Positions 25,278-40,060 of a stretch of DNA of 64,000 nt are shown in pieces (position 1 is the stretch's first letter; each line of letters opens with the position of its first letter). Source of the DNA: Octopus vulgaris (lineage: Eukaryota); contig OX597837.1 in NCBI GenBank assembly GCA_951406725.2, forward strand, positions 3,968,001 to 4,032,000. Direction: 5' to 3'. The notes under the pieces were generated by a model. It was not told the DNA's origin, made no database searches, and saw only the letters and a list, made by a program, of their open reading frames with translations. A program made the position numbers and the translations under genes.

Positions 25278-25475
25278 TTGACATTACTCCCAGTGTACCT
25301 TCTTTCAGAAATCGCGTGGGCCTGAAGCAAACCCTACTTCTGTTCCCATACTAAAAATTCGTAGTCTATAGGAACATTCTAAAGACAAATCGATTTACTG
25401 TACAACACAAAGAAGCAGGCGGGATAATAGAAAAAGGATAAATAAAAGAGATCCTGGTGCCCCAAGTGAGGCTTT

Positions 25476-25635
25476 GGTTATTTTCCTAAGAATGAGAATC
25501 CAGGTTCCTCAGAAATAAGAAGCCAGGTTCGAAATTTCCCCAAGACACCCGGTGAAGGCTGGAGGCTTTATCAGTCGAAACGTGGTGTTAACAACAAAGA
25601 AGATGAAGAGAAATATTCGTCAAATGTAAATAACA
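25476..25635 (+). mobile_element. HHR-bearing family F module, copy 2 (degenerate core)
   Basis: gacac-CCGGTGA-A-GGCTG..CAGTC-GAAACGT-G-gtgtt at 25544-25589, with the same flanks as copy 1. Confidence 0.7.
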
Positions 25636-26114
25636 TCCGCGTATTACCTGACTTGAGAATTAACACAAGGAAGGTGCTGTCTATACGTACGGTACGCTAG
25701 CCGATTGTATTCCGTGGTATTCATTATGCTGTTTATCATTAGAATTTCCATCCCTAAATGGATCGATATCACTATCAAGTCGGATAGCAAATTGCATTGG
25801 ACCAAATGTAACCAAACACAAAACGGTAAGTACATAAAAATAGATTCTAATTCAGACAATATATCAGCAATTTAGAAAAGAGATGGACCAGTCGATGCCA
25901 ACGATCTAACTACTTTATTTCATTGACGCTGGAAGGATGAAAGGGAAAGTAGATCTTTGCGGGTGTTGAACACAGAATGTATAGTATCGGCTCTGTTACC
26001 GCAAGGCACTTTCCCGACGCTCTAACGATTCTGCCAAATTGCCATCCTATTGGTAATCGATAAATATCTTAAAATTATCAAGAAAACAAATGCTCAGCCT
26101 GCTGGAAACAGTGT

Positions 26115-26375
26115 TGCGGGGACAAACACAGACACACAAACAAACACACACACACATATGCACACACACGCACACACACACACACATATATATATATATA
26201 CATATATACGACGGGCTTCTTTCAGTTTCCGTCTACCAAATCCACTCACAAGGCTTTGGTCATTGACCCGAAGGATAGAGTAGAAGACACTTGCCCAAGG
26301 TGCTACGCAGTGGGACTGAACCCGGAACCATGTGGTTGGTAAGCAAGCTGCTTACCACACAGCCACTCCTGCGCC
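26115..26375 (-). mobile_element. SINE family A, 3'-truncated
   Basis: ACACTTGCCCAAGGTGCTACGCAGTGGGACTGAACCC...CAGCCACTCCTGCGCC. Confidence 0.85.
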
Positions 26376-26398
26376 TATGTACATTTGTGTAAATATAT

Positions 26399-26456
<58 letters not shown>

Positions 26457-26527
26457 TCATGCATATATATGTATATACATATATATATAAATTTATATAT
26501 ATATATATATATGCATATACATATATA

Positions 26528-26911
26528 TCTCTCTCTATATAAACGGCAGTTTGTCTGTGCGTGTTTCTGTGTGTCTGTCAGGTTGTACCCTCACCCTGAC
26601 CACGGCTTTCAACCGATTCTGATGAAAATTGACACACACATAGCCCAATGTCATAATTCAAAACTAACGCAGAGAAAATTTTGAAAAGTTCCCCCAATTC
26701 TGAAAAAGATCGATAAATTCGACATGGGGTCGAGAATCAGAAACACAAACCACAGATGGTCTAGGGGACGCAACTCGACCTTTTTAACTATCAAAAAAAT
26801 TTACCATAATTTTTTCCCCCATTTTTTTGCTATTTTTTAGCTATAACTCTCTAAAAAGGCTTTATAGTTATTTCCCTTACAAACCCGAGCAACGCCGGGT
26901 GATACTGCTAG
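26528..26911 (+). mobile_element. Non-autonomous Helitron, family H1
   Basis: 5' TC, subterminal hairpin CCCGAGCAACGCCGGG, 3' CTAG, A|T insertion site, no TSD. Confidence 0.85.
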
Positions 26912-27174
26912 TGTTTAATATACGTGCATATTTATATATTTACATACATACATACATGCATACATGCATACATATATCTGCGTATGTGTGCATATATATA
27001 ATAATATATAGGTATATATATAAATGTGTGTGTATACATATGTGTGTGTATATATGTATGTAAGTATATATATATATATATATATACATAAATATACACA
27101 CATATACAAATCATATTGCATTTTCTTTTCCTTTCTGCTTTTTTCTCCTACCTGAGAGATCGTTATAACATATT

Positions 27175-27186
27175 GTATTATTATTA

Positions 27187-27266
<80 letters not shown>

Positions 27267-27282
27267 TCTATTATTATCATTA

Positions 27283-27346
<64 letters not shown>

Positions 27347-27382
27347 GATTATTATTATTATTATTACAATTGTTATTATTAT
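27175..27382. repeat. (TTA)n microsatellite
   Basis: Seen directly in the sequence. Confidence 0.95.
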
Positions 27383-27579
27383 TTAGTATTTCGCCACACA
27401 ATGGCGAGTGAAGATATTATTGATAATATTTTATTCTTTTCCGATGGAACATTTTCTGAAATCGGTAAATCTCTGGTCGCTCACCATTGTAATACTAATT
27501 CGACGAATTCTTGGCATCGGATTTATTGGCATTATTCTGTTAAAAACAAAAAATCCACGCTGGGAATTTAGCTTTGAGT

Positions 27580-28380
<801 letters not shown>

Positions 28381-28544
28381 ATATGATCGTGGGAATATGT
28401 GTGGGAGCATATTAACGTTGCTTGGTCCCGTGTGACATGACGTGATGCTCAGTCCTTTCGCAAACAAGAAACGGCAGCTTAAAATCTCAGCACACGCTCA
28501 TTCACACACACACAGACACACACAGACACAGACAGGCACACACA

Positions 28545-28644
<100 letters not shown>

Positions 28645-29392
28645 GGCAGCTATTTATGTTTCGCTTAGCATTTCTAAATAGTTCGAAGAATCTGATAAGC
28701 GAATCGTGGCAAAGAATGCCGACATGACTATTAATTCTGAGACGTCTTTGTATCTAAGCGTATAAGCCATTCCTCCCAACAAGTTTTATAACAATATAAA
28801 AAATAAATTCTTCATATGATTTTGCATAGAATACAGGCAATTTTTGGTGAATTCTTGCTCACATTTTTTTTACATTGATCTATTGATATGCATAGATGTT
28901 TGCATACAGGTACACACGTATGTATGTATGTATGTATGTATGTATGTATGTATGTATGTATATATGTATGTATGCATGCATGCATGTATGTATGTATGTA
29001 TGGATGGATAGATGGATGGATGGATGAATGGATAGATGGATGGATGGTTGTATGTATGTATGTATGTATGTATGTAAGTATGTGTGTATGTATGTATGTA
29101 TGTGTGTATGTATGTATGTATGTATGTATGTATCTATGTATCTATGTATGTATGTATCTATCTATATATCTATCAGTGTATCTATCTATCTACCTACATA
29201 TCTATTTATTTAACTATCTATCTATCTATATCTGCCTATGCTTCAGAACACACAGATACCGGTGTGTGTCTGTGTGTGTATTGCGTGTGTGTGTGTGTGT
29301 ATGTCTACGTCAATTTTTTATTCCTACTTCACTCTTTAGTCGACTCTCTTTCCCACTTCTGTTTTCCGTTATAATATATATTTACATGTATA

Positions 29393-29429
<37 letters not shown>

Positions 29430-29523
29430 ACACACACACACACATAAAGGTATGTTTGTATATATTCGTAATATATACATATATATATATGTATGTAAAT
29501 GTGCATCTATGCATGTCTGTTTG

Positions 29524-29617
<94 letters not shown>

Positions 29618-29856
29618 TGTATATCTATCTATATCTATCAATTTATCTTTCTATATGTATGCATGTATGTATATGTATGTACATATAGAGGGGGGACAGA
29701 GAGAGAGGGGGAGAGAGAGAATGAGAGAGGAAGAAATTATATATATGTGTGTGTCTTTGTGTGTGTGTGTGTGTGTGTTTAACTGAATGTATAAATGTCT
29801 GAATAATGTCTCGTCTCTATATACAAATGCATATACGCATGCATATATACATACTT

Positions 29857-29932
<76 letters not shown>

Positions 29933-30127
29933 ATATATATACTTATAAACATGCATACATGCATATCTAGATATTTACATACATACAATACATGCAAACA
30001 CATACAAACATATATATACACCCTTGAAAAAGCGTCAGTAAGACAAGCATCACGTTTGTCTTTTTGCCATAATGGACGTTTTAAGATTATTTCTGCAGAG
30101 ATTTTTAGATTGCATATCATGTCGCAC

Positions 30128-30350
30128 GACTGCTGCTGCTGCTGCTGCCGCCGCCACCACCACCACTACTAATACTACTACTACCACCAGCACCAGCACC
30201 ACCAGCACCATCACCACCACCACCACCACCACTACTACTACTACTACGACTACTACTACCACCACCAGCACCACCAGCACCATCACCACCAACACCACCA
30301 ACACTACTACTACTACTACTGATGCTGCTGCTACGGCTGCTGCCGCCACT
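30128..30350. repeat. Mixed trinucleotide microsatellite (GCT/ACC/ACT)n
   Basis: Seen directly; it produces the low-complexity poly-A/T/V/G ORFs. Confidence 0.9.
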
Positions 30351-30939
30351 TGTCATATTACATCAAATATATGTTGTATCACTCACGTCAAGGGGTTTAT
30401 GTAATTTAGAATTTAGCGCTGATGCGACTTATATAAATTTGAAATGACAATTTATTGTGTAAATGAAACGAGTTTCTATGATTTTTTTCTCTTTTTATTT
30501 TCCTTACCGCATTCTGTTTCTATAAATTCACCATGAACGGAGGAGTGTCTACGCGGTTGTTTGATTTGACAGAATTAGCAACTAAACGTACTTCAAAATG
30601 ACATAAAACCGTGTGGATTATCAATCTCTTGTGAACCGCAGCGAAATCTTTTTTTTTTCGAATTATACCGCAATATTTAAAAAAAAAAAACGTAAAATAG
30701 ATGGAAAGACATATTGTATAATGTAGTTATAGATATACAATGTGTGAATAAATGGGATGGTCATGGCCGGTATTGATTTTCAGCTTTAACAAAAGGAAAC
30801 AAAAATGACCGGAACAATAAAAACGGTATATGCCAAGGAAATTCTTTCAGTTCTTAGTTGATTCAATCATGCGACTGCCGTCACGGTCGAATGCAGTCTG
30901 AAAGGGTTTTGTCACACAAATCAAGCTACTACGTAATTT

Positions 30940-31305
30940 CTATTCTTTTATTTGTTTCAGTCATTTGACTGCGGCCATGCTGGAGCACCACGTTCAGTCG
31001 AGAAAGTCGACCCAAGAACTTATTCTTTGTAAGCGTAGTATTTTATTCTATCGGTGTTCTTGACGAACCTCTAGGTTACGGCGACGTAAACAACCCAGCA
31101 TCGGTTCTCAAGCCATGTTGGGGGACAAACAGACAGACACACACAGACACACATATATATATATACGACGGGATTCTTTCAGTTTCCGTCTACCAAATCC
31201 ACTCATAAGGTTATGGCCGCCCCGAGGCTATAATAGAAGACACTTGCCCTAGGTGCCACGCAGTTGGACTGAACCCGAAACTATGTGGTTGGTAAGCAAG
31301 CTACT
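30940..31305 (-). mobile_element. SINE family A
   Basis: TTTCAGTCATTTGACTGCGGCCATGCTGGAGCACC tail and the family A body. Confidence 0.9.
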
Positions 31306-31796
31306 TTATTTCATTTAATTGGCTATAAAAGCCGTACGTAGAGGTAGTAGCTGCGGGCTGGACAAAGACACAATGATGATGGAATGAAAGAAATGGTTGG
31401 TGGGAGAAGGAATCAACGCCTTCCGATTGATGCATTCTCGAAGACATTGTTCTTTTTTTTTACCAACAAAACAAAATGAGGTATTGAATGTCTTACCTCA
31501 GTTCAAAAAGGGACGAAATCTTCCTTACAAATTGAGGCATTAGCTTCTTACCAAATATACAAATAATACAAATTGAAATTGAGGCACTAATGCCTCTTAC
31601 CTTTCCTCTCCGACCAGGCTATATGCCTCCCGCAGGCATTCTTGTAGATCCAAGTCGTTGCTCCAAAAGACAAACTAATATTGGTCCTTCGGAAAGAAGT
31701 CCATTGCCCCAAACATTTCTTTCTCCGTTATGAACCCCGCAGTTACCTGCGGAAGCCAATCCGGGTCTTCAGTCCAGGACAGGACCCCCTCCCTGT

Positions 31797-32105
31797 GCAG
31801 TTAGAGGATCGCGGTTTCGATTCCCAGACCGGGTGTTGTGAGTGTTTATTGAACGAAAAGTACCTAAAGCTCCACGAGCCTCCGGCAGGGGGTGATGGCG
31901 ACCCCTGTTGTACTCTTTCGTTCCAACTTTCTCTCACTCTTTCTTCCTGTTTCTTGTCCCCGACTTCCTACGCAACCGCTGAGCCTGGATGCGCATTCCT
32001 CCATCCGTCGATGCTCTCGATGTCGGGGTTGACCTGCTTTCTCTTCTGCGGGTCTTACGAATAGCAAAGGAGCACGTTTCGGACTGCTCAGACCGGACTG
32101 CTCAA
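31797..32105 (+). mobile_element. SINE family D (tRNA-like head), 5'-truncated, tail type 3
   Basis: GGATCGCGGTTTCGATTCCCAGACCGGG...CTCCGGCAGGGGGTGATGGCGACCC body shared with 49315 and 49741. The unique tail ends in (CAA/CAG)n. Confidence 0.8.
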
Positions 32106-32966
32106 CAGCAACAGCACAGCAGCAGCAACAACAACAGCAATAACAATACATTCTCGCTATCATTCTATTTGTATTCAAAATATTGACATTAAGAAATAAA
32201 TATATGCCAACACATCGCACGTATTTCTTACAATTCGTTCCAGCTCTCACTCAAAACACTTCAATGAAATCACCGTGACAGATGATAATAATGATCAATG
32301 AATCGATGAAAAATATTTAATTAACTGACAGACGATATTTCCTGTCAATCTGTTGATGGTCTTCGTATTATTCTCATAATTAAACGCTTACTTGTGATTA
32401 ATGATTTGTCATCTGAGGTTTGTCGTTTCACTTCCTTTGATCTCTCTGGACATCTTGGATTAAGTTCGGGTTAAGAATAATCCATATGGTTCTGCTAAGT
32501 CGACAGTTTGTCTCCAATGTAATCAATCACAAGAGAAAACAAAAATTATTGATATTGATTTTAGGCAGTATGACATTCGATCTAAGCGGAAATTATTGAT
32601 CCTGTTGCAGTCTTTGATATCGTTCATGTTGTATGATTGTTTAAGAAGCCATGATGTAGGAGACCTATGATGAAAGACATTTTAGACAAGAACTAAGCGC
32701 TTTTGCACGGGGACAGCAACCATGCAGGAACACCACCTTGTAGGGTTAGTCGGACAAATCAGCTAAAGTACTTACTGGAATTTTGGTACTTATTCCAACG
32801 GTCTCTTTTGCTGATCCTCTAAGTTACAGGGACGCACACGAGCCAACACTGATTGTAAAGCAGTGAAGAGATAAACACAAACACATGCCAACTATTTCAT
32901 GCAAACACACACACGTATACACACATCGACATATATATGCTAATAGACATATATGCATTAAATATA

Positions 32967-33066
<100 letters not shown>

Positions 33067-33067
33067 T

Positions 33068-33385
33068 GGCGCAGGAGTGGCTATGTGTAAGTAGCTTGCT
33101 AACCAACCTCATGGTTCTGGGTTCAGTCCCACTGCGTGGCATCTTGGGCAAGTGTCTTCTGCTGTAGCCTCGGGCCGAAGCCCGTCGTATATAATATATA
33201 TATATATGCTTGACAACCGATGCTGGTGTGTTTACATCCCAGTAAACTAGCGGTTCGGCAAAAGAGACCTATAGAAAAAGTAATAGGCTTAGAAAGAATA
33301 AGTCCTGGGATCGATTTGTTCGACTAAAGGTGGTGCTCCAGCATGGCCGCAGTAAAATGGCTGAAACAAGTAAAAGAGTAAAAAT
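33068..33385 (+). mobile_element. SINE family A with internal deletions
   Basis: Head GGCGCAGGAGTGGCT and tail GGTGGTGCTCCAGCATGGCCGCAGT. Confidence 0.88.
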
Positions 33386-34031
33386 GTATACATATATGCA
33401 TATACATACATATTTGTATGTAAGAACACGTAAATACACGCGCGCGTGTGTTATACGTGATAGAATATAGTACCACCAAACACCTTGGTTGCAGACTGCT
33501 TAAAGGGAATTTCACGAACTGCTCATCTATTCTTGAAGCAGCTGTAAGGAACAATTTGGAAAATTCTTTCAGCTTGGGACTTTATCCACTACGTAATTTC
33601 ATTAACACGGACTTACATCATAACGATTTCGGCGATATATAGAAGCATATGTCACAACCATTATGAACATTACTGAAATCATATTTTATTGATCTCTGGT
33701 GATTTTAACTCCTTAAGCAATTTTCCCTCTTTTCAAATTATGTAAATATATAAATGTCATCATTTGATCTGTTTACCTGTTTAGATCGTAGTCCTATTAT
33801 CCGCCTGCAAGCTTCATTGAAACCCTGCCTACAGCCAATCTCAGTTAGTTAACTATAACATACCCGTGTTTTTAATTGTAGTTCAATTTGAAGTTTAGGG
33901 AGAATGTCAACCTGAGAAATTATTGTATGTACCTGTTAGCTTATGTCATCAGAAGTATGAGCACCGACAGTTTATGTACACAGACATATACATCCATACA
34001 TTCGTACATACATGCATATATACGTACGTAT

Positions 34032-34700
34032 ATCTTTCGTATGACTAGTGGTAGAATACCAAAACAAATCTATTGGGTCGTCCGGAAAGTTCGTGCGGAT
34101 TTATAGTAGCTTACCTTTCGACTTATTTTAGAACATGTTTGAGTCCATACAATAGGATTTGACTACACCTCCATTTAGAACACGTGGAAGAAGGTTTATG
34201 TTCCTATAACCTGTGTTACTTCTGTAAGCCTTCAAAATGGAAGATAAGAAAGTTCACTTTCGGCACTTGATGCTTTGGGAACCAGACAAAAATTGCTGCA
34301 GCTCGACTGGGATGTGTTACCCCGCCCTCCATATTCACCAGATATTGCTCCTTCGGATTTCCACTTATTCAGGTTTCTGCAGAATTGTCTTAATGGTAAA
34401 AATTTAATTTCCTTGGATGACAAAAAAAGATACCGTGATGAATTCTTTGCCATGAAACCACCTCAATTCTGGGAAGAGGGTATTTTCAAGTTAAAAGAAA
34501 GATGGAGACGCATTGTGCAACAAAATGGTTCATACTTGGATGATTAGAAATGTAACGGCAAGTATTTATTGACCTTTTTCTTTCTTTTAAAAATCGGCAC
34601 GAAATTTCCGGACAGCCAAATATTATGGTCAGCTTGTAAACTCACGACGCTATGTAGGCCGATGCCTTCTATGGTGTAAGGAAAAATTCGAAACGCCTAA
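34032..34700 (+). pseudogene. RTE-clade LINE C-terminal relic interrupted by the mariner element
   Basis: Removing the mariner and one TA restores IFRMTSGRIPKQIYYGQLVNSRRYVGR, matching the RTE motif RM...R.PK.I.YG.L...R..GR. Confidence 0.65.
34073..34620 (+). mobile_element. Internally deleted mariner (DD34D) element
   Basis: TA TSDs and ~30-bp TIRs (TTGGGTCGTCCGGAAAGTTCGTGCGGATTT / AAATCGGCACGAAATTTCCGGACAGCCAAA). The N-terminus MEDKKVHFRHLML is joined to the C-terminus LPRPPYSPDIAPSDFHLF...GIFKLKERWRRIVQQNGSY. Confidence 0.95.
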
Positions 34701-35007
34701 TATTAGGAAAGAAAATCTTTGGGAATCTTGCGAGAAGCCGTATAGACGGCGGAAAATCTTCTTTTCCCAGCTTCAGAATTTCAAAACTCAAAGGGAAATT
34801 CATCAGGAGCTCTCACAGGAAAATAGGAAAATAAACCAATAGAACAACTGTCTTCCCACAAACTACCATTTTCTACATAGTGATTTCTTGGCTAGATCAC
34901 GAGCTGGTTTTGATAGGTCATGCTAGTGCCCAAAACCCTATTGTTTTTGGTGACCTCCGGACTCACATCAGTGAGGAGTCTCCAGATGACGTGGACGAAT
35001 TGTAAAT

Positions 35008-35068
<61 letters not shown>

Positions 35069-35253
35069 GTAGTAGTAGTAGTAGTAGTAGTATTAAGGTA
35101 TGTTATTCATTGTCTGTAATTGATAGGACCTTCTCTTCTCGCTCAATATTCATATGTCGTCTTATGAGTCCGTTGATATATATATATACACACACACATA
35201 CATACATACATACATACACACATACACACACACACACACACACATACACACAC

Positions 35254-35285
<32 letters not shown>

Positions 35286-35312
35286 GTATACATACATACA
35301 TACATATATATA

Positions 35313-35525
35313 TAAAGTTAATCCAAACATGAAAACACAAAGAGAAAACACAACAACGCGAGGACGTGGAACAAATATAGTATTATTGGACGCTCAGGAA
35401 AGAAGGAAAGAAGGAGGGTTTAACTTTTCGAGCGGAACTCTTCGTCAGAAACATAGGAAAAGGAAAGATCCAAAGAAAGGAAGACGGAGGAAAATATCGC
35501 CAACGGTACACACACGGTCATATTT
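35313..35525 (-). mobile_element. ~205-bp HHR-bearing mini-element (family E) in (TA)n
   Basis: Minus strand 35418-35452: guuu-CUGACGA-A-GAG-uuccg-CUC-GAAA-AG-UU-aaac. It is homologous to 54011-54217. Confidence 0.75.
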
Positions 35526-36082
35526 TAAATCATATATATATATATTGGAAGGCCTCATAATTTTCATCTGTCAGTGCCACTCACAGGGCTTTGGTCGGCC
35601 CTCGGCTATAGTGGAAGTGCCACAGTGTGGCACTGAACTCGCAACTAACTACTTGTGAGGCAAACTGCTCAGTTACCCATTGGTTGAATGTGATGTAAAA
35701 CGAATTTATAAATAACTTTTTCTTTCTCACTAAAAAAGAAATATGACGCTAGAATCCTCACTCGCAAAGTATCAGTCCACCTCGATATATTGTAGAAGAA
35801 ACTTAGCTAAGGTCCGCGCAGTGGGACTGAACCCGGAAATGCATGGCTGCAAAGCGAGCTTCTTAACCATTCGGTCATGCTTAAAAGAAGTTGTTTTTAA
35901 AAATTGGTATTATTGTTGTTGTTCCTATTATTGTTATTATCATTGGATTTTGCTTCAAGAAAGGTGAAGTAACACGGTTGTGAAAATTGCTTTTGATGAT
36001 GTCTTCGTTGCAGTAATAAGCTCAAGTGAATAATTTTTCTTTGTCGTGTGTTTACGAACATTGTGAAGGTGGTAAGAGCTCC

Positions 36083-36184
<102 letters not shown>

Positions 36185-36792
36185 GTGTATTTCTTTTATT
36201 TTTCCGCTTTGGAGAAGAAAGCTTTTTATTGAATTTTCGATTTTGGTTGGGTGCCATTTCAATTCATTTGTTTGTTGGCAACATATCATATTGTGTGGTC
36301 GTATCCGAAGAAAACTCCCAACATTAAGAAAGAAAGACTCTCTCTCCCTTCCAAAAAGATATTTTTCCGTTTGGGAAAAGTGTAATGCTTTGAGCAATAA
36401 AACAAGCACAACATGAACATAGACAAACGCAACATGAATATAGACAAACAAACGAATGATGACATAAGCTACGAAGATAATCATCATCTAGGGTTCGATC
36501 GTCAAGTCGATCAGGCTTGTAGGAAAGGACACAAAGACCTAATGCTATATGTGCGTCTTTATAAATCCGGAATGGTACTTCTGCCTGAAAAGAACACATG
36601 AGAGACAGTGGAAGAGTCAACAGCTTCATTGTCCATTTCTTCTTCTTTAGAGCACAGAGCTGGCGAAGGGTTCTGCTGCCATTAAAATACTAAAAACCCA
36701 ACTTCCCACCTCAACGCCGGGGATCATGTGAAAAAATATTCGAACATTCATCATCAGGATTCCCAGTATTGTTGTTCTTGTTGGTGGTGGTA

Positions 36793-37014
<222 letters not shown>

Positions 37015-37567
37015 GAGTGAGAGAGCAGTTCATGCCATCAAAGTGACACTGGGGTAAAATATACGAAGCCCAGTATACCCATCATGACTACCCGTATGAT
37101 AAGGATACACCAGGCACATGCATCACAACCATGTGTGCACGACATGGTGATCTCATAACAAGATAAACAGCACATGACCTTGCAGGTGGGGCCCAGTTAG
37201 AATTTTCTTCAGGTTGAGTAGCCCATCCCGCTCGAAAGGTCCCTGAATAAGGGTTGTTTAAGGATGTTGAAAGAACCACCCATGTTTCCAGAGGTGAATT
37301 ATTCAAACCCCAAAGGATCCTTCTCAACACATGGCTATGATGCTCCCCCATTACTTCTGCTTGTGATCAGAGTTGCACATTTCGTCAGCCACTAAGGGAC
37401 ATGCTCAACTGGTTATGGTCAAACAACTGACAAGCAAATCTGTGGTATTGAGCAGAATATTTGCTGTAGCCCATCTTTTATACCAAGACAAAACAATGTA
37501 CATGATAACACTTCCAATCAGTTAAGATCAGAAGCCATGAGAGCCACTGCCTGGTACTGCATCAGGG

Positions 37568-37569
<2 letters not shown>
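37015..37569. mobile_element. ~555-bp non-coding insertion precisely inside (TTA)n
   Basis: High-complexity block flanked on both sides by the same (TTA)n tract, with no convincing ORF, TIR or tRNA head. Confidence 0.6.
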
Positions 37570-37604
<35 letters not shown>

Positions 37605-37624
37605 ATTATTATTATTATTATTAT

Positions 37625-38047
37625 TCTATGTTTGACTTTTGCTTTATGTCTGTACAAGTTGGCTCCAAGTCTCACCCAGAGACCTCAAGAGACAACAGGT
37701 TGGAAGTTCTGTGCCATATATTTGGGGGTTTTTTTCTCCCTCTTTTTTTGGTGTTGTACTAGTGAATGTCTAATACATAAAAAAAAAAAAAAATAAATAA
37801 ATAAATAAATAAAAAAGTTTGTTTTAAACCTTGGGATTACATAGAGAGTATTTTGCGTAGGATATGAGCAGTTCCTATGAACACTATCTTTTGAATTTCT
37901 GCCATTTTGGGGTTTCCTGGTATCTGAGTTAGGTAGCAATCAGCCCCTTTCGCTATCATTCCCAGGGCACCTATGACAACAGGTATTGTTTTAGTCTTCA
38001 GCTTCCACATTTTGCTGATTTCTATTTCAAGATCTTTATATTTGCTC

Positions 38048-38048
<1 letters not shown>
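37625..38048 (-). mobile_element. 5'-truncated Dong/R4 retrotransposon 3' end inserted in (TAA)n
   Basis: SKYKDLEIEISKMWKLKTKTIPVVIGALGMIAKGADCYLTQIPGNPKMAEIQKIVFIGTAHILRKILSM* (restriction-like endonuclease C-terminus) plus 3' UTR, with (TAA)n on both sides. Confidence 0.9.
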
Positions 38049-38111
<63 letters not shown>

Positions 38112-38151
38112 GTTGTTGTTGCTGTTGTTGTTTTTGTTGCTGTTGTTGTTG

Positions 38152-38207
<56 letters not shown>

Positions 38208-38264
38208 ATTTAGGCGGCGAGCTGGCAGAAACTTTGGCACGCTGGACGAAATACTTAGAGGTAA

Positions 38265-38390
38265 TATCTCTCAATAAAGCCAAGAGAAAAAGATGTTTTA
38301 TAAACACATTCTACCAGTAAACGAAGTTTAAAAGTGTTTGGTTACGTGGAAATTATTTTAAAAAACTGCCGTTCAAACCGAAAAGATCCG
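38265..38390 (-). mobile_element. Terminal fragment of the 44510-44944 TIR element
   Basis: Reverse complement of ~44510-44635, ending ...GTTCAAACCGAAAAGATCCG. Confidence 0.75.
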
Positions 38391-38703
38391 ACGGAATTCT
38401 TAGTTGTTGCCCGGCCCCTGACTTTAAAAACATGTATAGTAGTTTCTTTTTAAATGAATACAGAATTTTCCCATCTCACACACCATGAAAATAAAGTCAT
38501 CTTTTTTAGCCAGGGTGCAGCCATACCTCTAGTGAGATATATTTGTCTAGACACTTCTGGCATACGTTTTACTCTTGGCAAATCGTTTGCATTTTTATGT
38601 AAATACTTTCATCGGAAACATTAAATAATAAATTTGGTTTAAATATGGTAAACAACTGCCTCACCAGGCTAACCAAATATCAATATGCCATCTTGTTTTT
38701 ATT

Positions 38704-38927
38704 TTTGTTTTTATCTATTATTCTTTTATTCTTTTACTTGTTTCAGTCATTTGACTGCGGCCATGCTGGAGCACCGCCTTTGGTCGAGCAAATCGACCCC
38801 GGGACTTATTCTTTGTAAGCCCAGTACTTATTCTATTGGTCTCGTTTGCCGAACCGCTAAGCGACGGGGACGTAAACACACCAGCATCGGTTGTCAAACA
38901 ATGCTAGAGGGACAAACACAGACACAC

Positions 38928-38979
<52 letters not shown>

Positions 38980-39135
38980 GACAGGCTTCTTTCAGTTTCC
39001 GTCTACCAAGTCCACTCACAAGGCTTTGGTCAGCCCGAGGCTATAGCAGAAGACACTTGCCCAAGATGCTACGCAGTGGGACTGAACCCGGAACCATGTG
39101 GTTGGTTAGCAAGCTACTTACCACACAGCCACTCC
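38704..39135 (-). mobile_element. SINE family A, full length
   Basis: Complete reverse-complement copy, duplicated at ~59177-59608. Confidence 0.92.
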
Positions 39136-39465
39136 TTTGAATGTTTTTTTTTCTGTTTTGAATTGAAACGGACATATTTGCAGACGTCTCAAACCTATTA
39201 CTTTCATGAAATAGAAAATAATATGATTAAGAAAAAGAGAAAATGTTTAAAGAATGAGTAAAAATGAATAATTGATGTTTGGAACCAGTCAAGTTTCATT
39301 AACACGTTAATTACCGTTGACATTAGGAATTGCTAAGAAATGTTTTTAAGTGGTCGATTTCGCATTGGCTTACATCTGAAACGGTATAGTGTTGCTATCA
39401 GAAACGTTGGACGTTTTAGAAAATAGGACACACACACACAAGCATACACATAAAAATGCACATGT

Positions 39466-39534
<69 letters not shown>

Positions 39535-39700
39535 CGCTCACAGTCATTCACGCAAGTAACACACACGCACGCACAACAAGCATAAACACACTGAAGCGCA
39601 GCCCTAAAATTCACTCCATAATTGCCCACAGGCATATGGCGTAGTGGTTAAGAGCGAGCTACTAACCCCAAGATTCCGAGTTCGATTCCAAGTAGTGACT

Positions 39701-39736
<36 letters not shown>

Positions 39737-39740
<4 letters not shown>

Positions 39741-40060
39741 CAGGAAACCCCAAAATGGCAGAAATTCAAAAGATAGTGCTCATGGGAACTGCTCATATCC
39801 TAGGCAAAATACTTTCTATGTAATCTCAAGGTTTAAAACAAACAATTTTTATTTTATTTTTTAATTTTTTAATTTTATTTATTTAATTTTTGTATGTTTT
39901 TATTTATTTATTTATTAGACATTCACTAGTACAACACCCCCCCCCAAATATATGGAACACTAGGCATAACAACAATGTGAACTTTCCAACCTGTTGTCTC
40001 TCGAGTTCTCTGGGTGAGACTTGGAGGCAACTTGTACAAATATAAAGCAAAAGTCAAACA
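39737..40060 (+). mobile_element. 5'-truncated Dong/R4 3' end in (TAA)n
   Basis: IPGNPKMAEIQKIVLMGTAHILGKILSM* plus the same 3' UTR as 37625-38048. Confidence 0.9.

Noticed and set aside
10018-27536. Scattered exon-like segments (10018-10073+, 18782-18813+, 25648-25753-, ~27485-27536-)
   Set aside because: The splice-like signals do not chain into compatible phases or a recognisable protein. A faint Cys-loop-receptor resemblance of 25648-25753 is too weak to call.
30050-30404. Mucin-like poly-Thr/Ala ORF
   Set aside because: It is a mixed trinucleotide microsatellite open in several frames, without convincing splice sites or unique coding flanks.
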